A stretch of 14,577 nt of DNA from a virus: the UHGV virus genome UHGV-1333726; one strand, 5' to 3'. The translations under genes were made by a program, and so were the position numbers. Each line of letters opens with the position of its first letter. The stretch's first letter is position 1. The notes under the pieces were generated by a model, which saw only the letters and a list, made by a program, of their open reading frames with translations, searched no databases and was not told where the DNA came from. Shown here in pieces: positions 1 through 6,432 of this stretch.

Positions 1-143
1 ACAGGCGGCTCCATCAATGGCGCTGGCGGTTCCGGTGGGGTCGGACACTCGCACGGGTATTGCGTTGACGCGCAGCCTGATAGTACCGTTATCAATGCCA
101 GTACGCAGATCGGCAATGTCAGATCTGATAGCTTTAATCTCAT
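1..143 (-). CDS. Rz1: o-spanin Rz1 (outer-membrane lipoprotein), embedded in Rz, 3' end beyond window
   Basis: ATG at 143 in the +1 frame inside Rz; translation [43 protein letters not shown]... gives a signal peptide with LSGC lipobox followed by a Pro-rich segment; no stop before the window edge. Confidence 0.7.
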   Translation of the reverse strand, partial: MRLKLSDLTLPICVLALITVLSGCASTQYPCECPTPPEPPAPLMEPP

Positions 144-351
144 CGTGATACCTCTTATCAAGTTTTGACAGTTCGGCGTTTCGCTCCTTCATCTGCTGAA
201 TAGTGTTACTTGCCGTTTTCAGTGCGCCTTTCGTCACCGTGACTTCTTCCTGTAACCTTGCCGCCTCACCCTGGTAATAACATGTTACGGCGGTCAGTCC
301 GGCAATAATGCAAACAACAACGGCGATGATTAACGTCTTCACCTTGTCCAT
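1..351 (-). CDS. Rz: i-spanin Rz, 3' end beyond window
   Basis: ATG at 351 with GGGGTGAG upstream, overlapping the last codons of the endolysin; N-terminal TM segment [19 protein letters not shown] then charged helical region; frame open to position 1 (117 codons). Confidence 0.75.
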   Translation of the reverse strand, partial: MDKVKTLIIAVVVCIIAGLTAVTCYYQGEAARLQEEVTVTKGALKTASNTIQQMKERNAELSKLDKRYHDEIKAIRSDIADLRTGIDNGTIRLRVNAIPVRVSDPTGTASAIDGAAC

Positions 352-830
352 TTCTCACCCCATTCGCAAACGGCATATTCAACATCGCGGCGGTTAACCA
401 GGCCTTGCCACTTCTTACCGCCAGCGTATACCCAGCGCTTAAGCTGTGCGCACGCTTCCGATTTCTTGCCGTCATTGAGTAGCTTTAATAAGGTTGATGT
501 TTTGAAGTTGGTTGCGCCTACGTTATAGGCGAAGGAATAAAGTGCAGCGCGGGTAAAATCTGATACTTCGACTTTGATATATGGGTCAATCGCTTTTGCG
601 GTCTTGTGTAGATCTTTATTTAACAAAGCATCGCATTCTGATTGCGTGTAAGTCTTACCAAGCATGATGTCTTTTCCGACGTGTCCATAACATATCGTGT
701 AAACACCAATGACATCTCTGTATGGCTTATACTCAACGCCTTCAAGATCTTTTATCATCACCCCCGCAATAGCGATCGCCCCACCAGCCGCCGCCGCAAC
801 AATCTTGTTTTTCAGCGATTGGCTAATCAT
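339..830 (-). CDS. SAR endolysin (T4/P21-type lysozyme, GH24-like)
   Basis: ATG at 830, one base after the holin stop; N-terminal Gly/Ala-rich signal-anchor-release segment [17 protein letters not shown] followed by DLEGVEY...GVYTICYGH lysozyme motifs; the ORF-track start at 911 is a non-ATG upstream extension in an alternative frame of the holin. Confidence 0.9.
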   Translation of the reverse strand: MISQSLKNKIVAAAAGGAIAIAGVMIKDLEGVEYKPYRDVIGVYTICYGHVGKDIMLGKTYTQSECDALLNKDLHKTAKAIDPYIKVEVSDFTRAALYSFAYNVGATNFKTSTLLKLLNDGKKSEACAQLKRWVYAGGKKWQGLVNRRDVEYAVCEWGEKWTR

Positions 831-831
831 G

Positions 832-1032
832 TTACTTATTCCCCATTCGCGCGTCGTGTTCCTCTTGCGCTCGCTTGTTCTCCTGTGATTTGAAGTAATA
901 ATTAACGGCAAATGTGCCTACGGTTGATAAGATACCCACAAAGACGGCAATGTCATTGATGGTTATCGCGCCGAAAAAAGCAGTTACGGCCCCAGTCACA
1001 TACGCACACGCCTCCCGTATTCTGTCGAACAT
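832..1032 (-). CDS. class II holin, pinholin-like (phage 21 S-type)
   Basis: 66 aa; ATG 1032 with GGAGGA 6 nt upstream; two TM segments (first is Gly/Ala/Thr-rich), basic/acidic C-terminal tail ...[15 protein letters not shown]; sits directly before the SAR endolysin. Confidence 0.8.
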   Translation of the reverse strand: MFDRIREACAYVTGAVTAFFGAITINDIAVFVGILSTVGTFAVNYYFKSQENKRAQEEHDARMGNK

Positions 1033-1052
1033 AGATTTTCCTCCAACAAAGC

Positions 1053-1074
1053 AAAAACCCGGCGCGGGGCCGGG
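1053..1074 (-). terminator. intrinsic terminator-like hairpin (candidate tR')
   Basis: On the minus strand CCCGGC-cccgc-GCCGGG (6-bp all-GC stem, 5-nt loop) followed by TTTTT, ending 8 nt before the holin Shine-Dalgarno. Confidence 0.55.
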
Positions 1075-1102
1075 TAGTTACAGTTTCGCATTGTTAGGTA
1101 AT

Positions 1103-1131
1103 ATTTTAATCTGTTTGTTTTCGACCCACAA
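1103..1131 (-). promoter_or_regulatory. candidate sigma70-type promoter (pR'-like) upstream of lysis genes
   Basis: Minus strand TTGTGG (1131-1126), 17-nt spacer, TAAAAT (1108-1103); weak -35, good -10 and spacing; lies in the only intergenic gap before the holin. Confidence 0.3.
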
Positions 1132-1139
1132 ATACGGCT

Positions 1140-1310
1140 TTACGCAGTTCTGTATATCAGTCCGTTATCAAGCAATGTTTGCATGTGTTCGCGATCCATA
1201 CCGCTTGATTCCCAATATTTATTGCCCGCGCTTTGTGTTAACACCCTATCACCTTTAACCAAGTAAGCGAAGTTAAATAACTTGTGCAAATAGATACCGT
1301 CTTCAATCAT
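1140..1310 (-). CDS. hypothetical protein (56 aa)
   Basis: ATG 1310 overlaps the TGA of the upstream gene (ATGA); translation MIEDGIYLHKLFNFAYLVKGDRVLTQSAGNKYWESSGMDREHMQTLLDNGLIYRTA; below the ORF-track size cutoff, found by manual translation. Confidence 0.45.
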   Translation of the reverse strand: MIEDGIYLHKLFNFAYLVKGDRVLTQSAGNKYWESSGMDREHMQTLLDNGLIYRTA

Positions 1311-1501
1311 TTCTTGCGCTCCTTAATGGCTCGCTTGATCTGCACTACCGTCGCATCAAAGAAAGCAAGAAAAACCAATACAGGCCAAAAAGGGATCTCA
1401 AATCCGCAACGGTCAGCCTCACTAACCTTAATAAAACATGACATCAAGATCGCGCCAGCGATATAAAGCAAAACAGTCACAGCAATAAGGCATTCAATCA
1501 T
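1307..1501 (-). CDS. small two-TM membrane protein (64 aa)
   Basis: ATG 1501 with GAGGA 6 nt upstream, 4 nt after stop of upstream gene; two hydrophobic segments (IAVTVLLYIAGAILM, FWPVLVFLAFF) and Lys-rich C-terminus; ORF-track start at 1543 overlaps the upstream gene by 50 nt and is less likely. Confidence 0.55.
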   Translation of the reverse strand: MIECLIAVTVLLYIAGAILMSCFIKVSEADRCGFEIPFWPVLVFLAFFDATVVQIKRAIKERKK

Positions 1502-1748
1502 AATCATCCTCATCGTCCTCATGTTCAGCCAGGAACTCATCAACCACTCTGTAAGTCACTGGCGGGATGTATTCGAAATCATCAGAATCAAGATCAAGCG
1601 TCCGGCTGTCGCCGTCATCGTCCAGCGTATTCATCCCTAATTCACCGAAAGGGCCGTACCCAATGTGGCCCAGGTATTCACATCCAATCGTAAAGCCAGG
1701 ATATTCGCCTTTGCACCTGATTTTGTATGGCTTATTTGATGCGCTCAA
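1494..1748 (-). CDS. hypothetical highly acidic protein
   Basis: Frame has no ATG near the upstream stop; TTG 1748 preceded by GGGGGAA is the best start (GTG 1769 alternative); C-terminal half is extremely acidic (DDDGDSRTLDLDSDDFEY...EHEDDEDDYD). Confidence 0.5.
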   Translation of the reverse strand: MSASNKPYKIRCKGEYPGFTIGCEYLGHIGYGPFGELGMNTLDDDGDSRTLDLDSDDFEYIPPVTYRVVDEFLAEHEDDEDDYD

Positions 1749-2055
1749 TTTTAATTCCCCCTGCCACACCTTCAGTCATTTTGTATTCAGCGATCAGTTC
1801 AGCACCAACCAATTCCACTTCATCACCAGGGAATGGATTAAGTTCCAATGATACTAAGATAAAAAATTTAACGTGATCTGCATTATCAAGATCTTTCACG
1901 TCAAAAGGAGGTTCAGCTACATGGAAGCACTTAACGCCATCCTCTTTGTCAGTGGCTACACGGAAACATGCGCCAGGCTGTCCGGCGAATTGTCCATTTT
2001 TTTCATCTTCTGGAAAAGTGCCACGGAAAACTTTAACGCTGATAAATTTAGACAT
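1732..2055 (-). CDS. hypothetical protein (107 aa)
   Basis: ATG 2055 with AAGGAGA upstream, 3 nt after the upstream stop. Confidence 0.6.
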   Translation of the reverse strand: MSKFISVKVFRGTFPEDEKNGQFAGQPGACFRVATDKEDGVKCFHVAEPPFDVKDLDNADHVKFFILVSLELNPFPGDEVELVGAELIAEYKMTEGVAGGIKIERIK

Positions 2056-2058
2056 TTG

Positions 2059-2316
2059 TCATTCTCCTTCGTAAAGAATTGCAACCAGTTCGGCATCTGT
2101 TAGCGTGTTGTGATCTTTATAAGTACCGTAGCGGGCAACGAAAGCTATTTCGCCAGCTATTTTCCGCCACATAGGGATTGACTCATTAAAATAGGTATTC
2201 TCCATTGCCTCCTTGTATGCCAGTTCATAAAAACGACCGCGATTTACATCTTCAATAACGCGGCTGTATGTGCCATCAACGCTACTAACGCCGCGCCACA
2301 GCCTGAACACAACCAT
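2059..2316 (-). CDS. hypothetical protein (85 aa)
   Basis: ATG 2316 with GGAG upstream, 2 nt after the upstream stop. Confidence 0.6.
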   Translation of the reverse strand: MVVFRLWRGVSSVDGTYSRVIEDVNRGRFYELAYKEAMENTYFNESIPMWRKIAGEIAFVARYGTYKDHNTLTDAELVAILYEGE

Positions 2317-2318
2317 AA

Positions 2319-2693
2319 TTAAAACTCCGCACCAGGTAAGCTACGCGCTTTATTTACAACATCTTGTTTTAACAATAATAGTGAGTGATAATGCATGTTA
2401 AACATTCTGCAAAGTGGTGTTTCACTATTTTCTGACTTAATTTTGAATAACTGGTTTGCAGTAAAAATCATGTCGTCGTCTGTTATGTATAACCAGTCGC
2501 CGCGCTTACCAACAACAATATGAGATTTTCCCCAACTATCTTTAAATTCATAATTGCAGAAAACATCACCTTTAGGAACTTCAACAAAACAGCACGCAAT
2601 GAACTTATTGCTTTTCATGATTTTGCCCATCCGCCTTTCTGTGCTCATATATAACAAAACGGCGCTGCCTGAACAATGCCATTTCGTATACAT
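2319..2693 (-). CDS. hypothetical protein, start uncertain
   Basis: Long open frame; first ATG at 2693, other in-frame ATGs at 2648, 2630, 2618; none has a clear Shine-Dalgarno. Confidence 0.45.
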   Translation of the reverse strand: MYTKWHCSGSAVLLYMSTERRMGKIMKSNKFIACCFVEVPKGDVFCNYEFKDSWGKSHIVVGKRGDWLYITDDDMIFTANQLFKIKSENSETPLCRMFNMHYHSLLLLKQDVVNKARSLPGAEF

Positions 2694-2729
2694 TGTGATA
2701 CTAGTCACATTTTGCGCAATTAACTTTTA

Positions 2730-2981
2730 TCAGAAAACCCCTTTATAATCGACCGTGTACTTTGCAACCAATTTCCATTCACAATAGTTTTCCATGTCGC
2801 GCGGTTGCCACCCTTTCATCCCGACAGCACTCCGCGCAGCGTGACGGCGACAATTGTCGTTGAGGTCCACAACACACCACGGCTGAAGGACAAACATGTA
2901 TCGCGCCTCGTTAACCAGGATCGCCATCTGCTTTCCTGTTGCCTTATCTTTTGCCCGGAAATAACTTACCCTGATTTTCAT
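2730..2981 (-). CDS. hypothetical protein, start uncertain
   Basis: ATG 2981 (GAGG upstream) overlaps upstream gene by 38 nt; alternative ATG 2927 with AGGAAAG upstream gives a 65-aa product without overlap. Confidence 0.45.
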   Translation of the reverse strand: MKIRVSYFRAKDKATGKQMAILVNEARYMFVLQPWCVVDLNDNCRRHAARSAVGMKGWQPRDMENYCEWKLVAKYTVDYKGVF

Positions 2982-3192
2982 TTTTAATAACCTCAATCAA
3001 CATTTCTTCTTCCAGGTTGGCAGGACGTTTACGGAATACCCCGGCAAAAGCCAGATCGTCGAGAAGGTCTTTGCTCTTAAATAGCCATTCCTTCATTATT
3101 ACCCCATCGTCACTGCGATATACCACGCCGTTTTTCAGAAAATAAAACGTGCGCGTGTCTGTCTGTAGGTATAGATCTTCGTAAACGTCCAT
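2944..3192 (-). CDS. hypothetical protein (82 aa)
   Basis: ATG 3192, 4 nt after the upstream stop. Confidence 0.5.
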   Translation of the reverse strand: MDVYEDLYLQTDTRTFYFLKNGVVYRSDDGVIMKEWLFKSKDLLDDLAFAGVFRKRPANLEEEMLIEVIKNENQGKLFPGKR

Positions 3193-3196
3193 GATG

Positions 3197-3424
3197 TTAA
3201 CTCTCTACCACTTCCAGCCCGCGCCCCTTGTCGCCAACGAAGTCGCCCAGGCTGAACGTATACGACCATGCCGGATTAATGTAATGGTCATCAGCGCCCG
3301 CGGCAATTAGGTCAGCACCGTTAATCATGCAAGTGACATCATCGCCATGAACGACATTAACCACCTTACCAACAACCTGTTTCAGTGACGGATAACCGTG
3401 ATCGTGCAAGAATTTGACTTTCAC
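3197..3424 (-). CDS. hypothetical protein (75 aa)
   Basis: GTG 3424 overlaps TGA of upstream gene (GTGA); ORF-track start 3439 is TTG. Confidence 0.5.
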   Translation of the reverse strand: MKVKFLHDHGYPSLKQVVGKVVNVVHGDDVTCMINGADLIAAGADDHYINPAWSYTFSLGDFVGDKGRGLEVVES

Positions 3425-3654
3425 TCTTCTGTCCCCCAACGCTCAATGCTGATTAAAAAGTCCCGGATGGCGTGGCGTTCGTCGCGCGTTGGTTTGCGCT
3501 TCCGGTAGATCTTGAAGTCGAACCATTCTTTTTCCTGTTCAAAATCCAAATCGTAAGCAACAGCTTCAATGTATCCGCATTCGTGATACCAGTACGCCAC
3601 GCCAGCACGGACAAAAAAGCGGGTTTTATCCCGCTTGTGTTCATAGATACGCAT
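3421..3654 (-). CDS. hypothetical protein (77 aa)
   Basis: ATG 3654 with GGGGTG upstream, 10 nt after the upstream stop; ORF-track start 3699 would overlap upstream gene by 35 nt. Confidence 0.5.
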   Translation of the reverse strand: MRIYEHKRDKTRFFVRAGVAYWYHECGYIEAVAYDLDFEQEKEWFDFKIYRKRKPTRDERHAIRDFLISIERWGTEE

Positions 3655-3664
3655 ATTCACCCCG

Positions 3665-3895
3665 TTAAGCAGTTGTGTAGCTGTCCACCAGCTTTTCATC
3701 TTTCATTCTGGCAAGCTGTGCGATGCTCATCGTGTAGCCGCCATCAGAGAAAAGCCATTCCGCAGCCTTGCGACGAAAAGCAATATCATCATGGTTACGT
3801 GTCCATGTAGCGATCACAACGCGTTTCCCGTTAGTGGCGAACATAGACAATTCATTATCAACAACGTCAATAGCACACCAGATTTTTAATTCCAT
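3665..3895 (-). CDS. hypothetical protein (76 aa)
   Basis: ATG 3895 with GGTGA upstream, 10-nt overlap with upstream gene. Confidence 0.55.
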   Translation of the reverse strand: MELKIWCAIDVVDNELSMFATNGKRVVIATWTRNHDDIAFRRKAAEWLFSDGGYTMSIAQLARMKDEKLVDSYTTA

Positions 3896-4251
3896 GATTT
3901 ATCACCGTAGATCTTGAATAGTTCGCGTTCTTCCTGATCTTCAAATATCCCTATGTGCAGGTCACGCAGGCGGCGCATTGTGCGGAATCGCGGCCTGAAC
4001 TCCTGGCTACGTTTAATGTATTTGCCGCCAATTGAATAGATATGCCCGTATGAGTACCATCTATTCCCTACCCATATTTCATATTCTTTTCCTTCGTAAT
4101 TAAATTTTATCGTTAGCTCGCCAACCTCAACTATTAACCCTTTGTCGATGATGTCATTAAGCATTTCGTCCCATTCTTTGAGGAATGGTTGTTGATAAAA
4201 ACCAAAAAGCGTATTCACAGCATGGCAGAGGTAATCAATGATTATTTGCAT
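3886..4251 (-). CDS. hypothetical protein (121 aa)
   Basis: ATG 4251, 4 nt after the upstream stop. Confidence 0.6.
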   Translation of the reverse strand: MQIIIDYLCHAVNTLFGFYQQPFLKEWDEMLNDIIDKGLIVEVGELTIKFNYEGKEYEIWVGNRWYSYGHIYSIGGKYIKRSQEFRPRFRTMRRLRDLHIGIFEDQEERELFKIYGDKSWN

Positions 4252-4255
4252 ATTG

Positions 4256-4468
4256 TCACCACATCATATAATAAACGTTCTCGTCAGCTAACATGTCAGC
4301 TACATCCTGCGTCATGTGTCTGGCATTAAGGAAATAGTCATCACTATGCCATTCCCTTACAAGCATGCGCGCCCATTTACGGCGCTGGCGCTTATTGCGT
4401 CGCAGATCATCAAAAGCCTTTAACGCTTTGTCATACGCCCTTACCAGGCGTTTACGGTTACTTTTCAT
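4256..4468 (-). CDS. hypothetical basic protein (70 aa)
   Basis: ATG 4468 with GAGAGGTG upstream (ORF-track start 4474 is GTG); Arg/Lys-rich N-terminal half. Confidence 0.5.
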   Translation of the reverse strand: MKSNRKRLVRAYDKALKAFDDLRRNKRQRRKWARMLVREWHSDDYFLNARHMTQDVADMLADENVYYMMW

Positions 4469-4769
4469 TTTCACCTCTCAACATCCAATTTCTGTCACAT
4501 TTAATTGCGAATACCTTAACAGGATCAGGGCCGAATAATGGATGAGTGATAGTTTTTACTTCGTACCCAAAATAAGGAAGGTTAATAATCCTGTGTTTTT
4601 CGTGGTTGGCAGGGTATCCCCATTTAATAATCAGGCGTTCATATTCCCGCCCTTCCAGACGTTTACGCCAATAGTCATTATAAAGCCGGTATTCCTCCAC
4701 CTTCTTTCCAGTCCATATGGCGTGGAAATATTCCCCTTTCAGATTCAAATGCAGGTGTTTATTTGCCAT
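4458..4769 (-). CDS. ASCH-like (DUF3850-type) domain protein
   Basis: ATG 4769 with AGGA upstream; N-terminus HLHLNLKGEYFHAIWTGKKVEEYRLYND matches the ASCH pattern (P/GxYFxxI..G.K..E.R.ND) as I recall it. Confidence 0.5.
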   Translation of the reverse strand: MANKHLHLNLKGEYFHAIWTGKKVEEYRLYNDYWRKRLEGREYERLIIKWGYPANHEKHRIINLPYFGYEVKTITHPLFGPDPVKVFAIKCDRNWMLRGENEK

Positions 4770-5028
4770 CACTATGATCCTGTAAACAGTCGTTATAGCC
4801 TTCAATGTATCCGGTTAATCCAGTGTTACTAACTGACCAGTCAGCCGAACGGCGCTTGATGGCCTTGTCCATAGTCATTTCGTCGCCTGGTCCGCCTGGC
4901 TCAATGTATTTTCTTAAATCCCTTGCTATCCACGCCCTTAATTGTTGCGTATCACCGCACAACCGAGCGGATAATGTCAGGTCATTAACCAGCTTTGCAA
5001 ATAGATGTTCTTTTAATTTAGGCTTCAT
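4759..5028 (-). CDS. hypothetical protein (89 aa)
   Basis: ATG 5028 with GAGG upstream; ORF-track start 5061 is GTG. Confidence 0.5.
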   Translation of the reverse strand: MKPKLKEHLFAKLVNDLTLSARLCGDTQQLRAWIARDLRKYIEPGGPGDEMTMDKAIKRRSADWSVSNTGLTGYIEGYNDCLQDHSDGK

Positions 5029-5365
5029 TGTCGTCAACCTCGAAATACTGCTTAATAGCACGTTTGACGTTCATTTCACGCTGATAATTGTTATCGCTAT
5101 AGATTGCGGCTGCCGATACGTGATCGATAATTTGCTGTAATAAATCAGGATGAATTTTTATTTTTTCATCAAGGACAATGCGCGATGGCTTAGGTGCGGT
5201 AGCATTATCATTAACGATTTCTATCTCACCACGACCACCGCATCGCGGGCAAACAAACTTATCACCTTGATACAGCATGAATCCGCGACCTTTTTCAGTT
5301 TTTACGACCATGCCATCGTCGTCGCAGTTTTCGCAATACAGCCACCCAATATTAAGTATTTTCAT
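5018..5365 (-). CDS. zinc-ribbon protein (CxxC...CxxCGGRG), start uncertain
   Basis: ATG 5365 preferred (14-nt overlap with upstream gene; ATG 5428 would overlap by 77 nt); contains CENC...CPRCGGRGE pairs. Confidence 0.5.
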   Translation of the reverse strand: MKILNIGWLYCENCDDDGMVVKTEKGRGFMLYQGDKFVCPRCGGRGEIEIVNDNATAPKPSRIVLDEKIKIHPDLLQQIIDHVSAAAIYSDNNYQREMNVKRAIKQYFEVDDNEA

Positions 5366-5558
5366 TGTCTTTATTCCGTCCGTAAATATGTACTGGCTCA
5401 ACCGGTACGGCTGGCAATTCACCATCATTTAACGCGCTTGCCATGCCTAATATTAAACGCGCTTCAGCACCAGTGACTTTCTTACACCATGCACCGCCTG
5501 TTTTATCTTCGAACAAGATAACAGCAAACTGATCGTTTATTTCCAGCTTATCCATCAT
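5352..5558 (-). CDS. hypothetical protein (68 aa)
   Basis: ATG 5558 overlaps the TGA of Q (ATGA); second ATG at 5555. Confidence 0.5.
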   Translation of the reverse strand: MMDKLEINDQFAVILFEDKTGGAWCKKVTGAEARLILGMASALNDGELPAVPVEPVHIYGRNKDNENT

Positions 5559-6049
5559 TCACCCCGTGTTACTCGTTTGATTTCGTTGTCAGCCCGCGCC
5601 TCTTCTTTGAACAATTCAGCAATGGCGTCTTCATAGAAAGCGCGGTATTTCTTCCACCACGTTGATCGGCTTACCGGGAAAACAAGCTGATTAACCGCCC
5701 GCCGTACAAGATCTACAGGGAAACGCGAGTACCCGCGCCCGCCGCAATGCTGGCACGTTTTGAACACTGGCATTTCCGCCGCTTCACTGGCTGCTTTATC
5801 CGGTACTTCGCCACGGCCCTTGCATTGTTTACAATGATTGCGAACTGTCCCATGCCCCTTGCATTTTTTGCAAAGGTGTTTTTCTCCGTATTCGTCAAAC
5901 GTAAATTTATATCCGCCGCACTCCATACAAGTTTTTTCCGTCGCGGCACTCTGGCAATAATCCCGAAATGCGAAAACGGCAACAAGAATAATGAGATCAT
6001 TGCGTTTGGCCTCGTCCAGTTCCATAACGTATTCATAATCTTTTGCCAT
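5555..6049 (-). CDS. Q: late-gene antiterminator Q, zinc-finger (82/QuuD-like) type
   Basis: ATG 6049 with AAGGG upstream (ORF-track start 6073 is TTG); FAFRDYCQSAATEKTC, CQHCGGRGYSRFPVDLVRRAV and C-terminal ...STWWKKYRAFYEDAIAELFKEEARADNEI resemble recalled Q82/QuuD-family motifs; position downstream of ninG/rusA/ninH-like genes fits. Confidence 0.7.
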   Translation of the reverse strand: MAKDYEYVMELDEAKRNDLIILVAVFAFRDYCQSAATEKTCMECGGYKFTFDEYGEKHLCKKCKGHGTVRNHCKQCKGRGEVPDKAASEAAEMPVFKTCQHCGGRGYSRFPVDLVRRAVNQLVFPVSRSTWWKKYRAFYEDAIAELFKEEARADNEIKRVTRGE

Positions 6050-6083
6050 AGCCCTTAAACGCTCTGTAAGCAAAACTACGGCC

Positions 6084-6206
6084 TTATGCTTTTCCTGTTT
6101 TTAAAATAGAAAGATTGGCCATTGTTATCCCTAATTCATCTGCAAGCTCACCAAGAGGTTTTTTGCGCTTGGCCATTATTACATCCAATCTTACAATTAT
6201 AGACAT
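6084..6206 (-). CDS. short NinH-like helix-turn-helix protein (40 aa)
   Basis: ATG 6206 with GGAGG 8 nt upstream; MSIIVRLDVIMAKRKKPLGELADELGITMANLSILKTGKA has an HTH-like core; small HTH gene directly before Q as for lambda ninH; manually found. Confidence 0.35.
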   Translation of the reverse strand: MSIIVRLDVIMAKRKKPLGELADELGITMANLSILKTGKA

Positions 6207-6218
6207 CTGCAGCGCCTC

Positions 6219-6362
6219 CTATATGGTTAACTTTTGTTCCTCCTGAATCTTATATCCAACCTTAAACACTTGTGCTATAAACAGAAGAGATATACCAAAT
6301 ATGCCAAGGATAACATCTACACTTAAGATTGTTTCACACTCAAACCCGTCTATAGCCAACAT
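6219..6362 (-). CDS. possible small hydrophobic peptide (47 aa), next to N run
   Basis: ATG 6362 directly after the N run 6371-6380; MLAIDGFECETILSVDVILGIFGISLLFIAQVF... has one TM-like segment; the longer ORF-track version crosses the N run. Confidence 0.25.
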   Translation of the reverse strand: MLAIDGFECETILSVDVILGIFGISLLFIAQVFKVGYKIQEEQKLTI

Positions 6363-6432
6363 CTCTATCGNNNNNNNNNNGATAAACGCGGTGATTTTGG
6401 GAAGTGGAATTTGAGAATAGATTCCAGATTCA

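Noticed and set aside
266-475. Minus-strand 69-aa ORF spanning the endolysin/Rz junction
   Set aside because: Out of frame with both the endolysin and Rz, which have clear signatures; stop at 266 falls within Rz coding
831-911. N-terminal extension of the endolysin ORF in the track ([17 protein letters not shown]...)
   Set aside because: Non-ATG start overlapping the holin in another frame; the SAR endolysin start at ATG 830 directly follows the holin stop
642-1258. Plus-strand ORFs 642..893 and 914..1258
   Set aside because: They lie antisense to the well-supported endolysin, holin and the promoter/terminator region; no Shine-Dalgarno or protein-like features; treated as shadow ORFs
3453-3644. 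Minus-strand 63-aa ORF
   Set aside because: Alternative frame inside the 3421..3654 gene
5713-6036. Minus-strand 107-aa ORF
   Set aside because: Alternative frame inside the Q gene
6371-6380. Run of 10 N
   Set aside because: Ambiguous bases, presumably an assembly gap or masked segment; it breaks the reading frames around 6219..6515, so gene calls there are provisional, not biological
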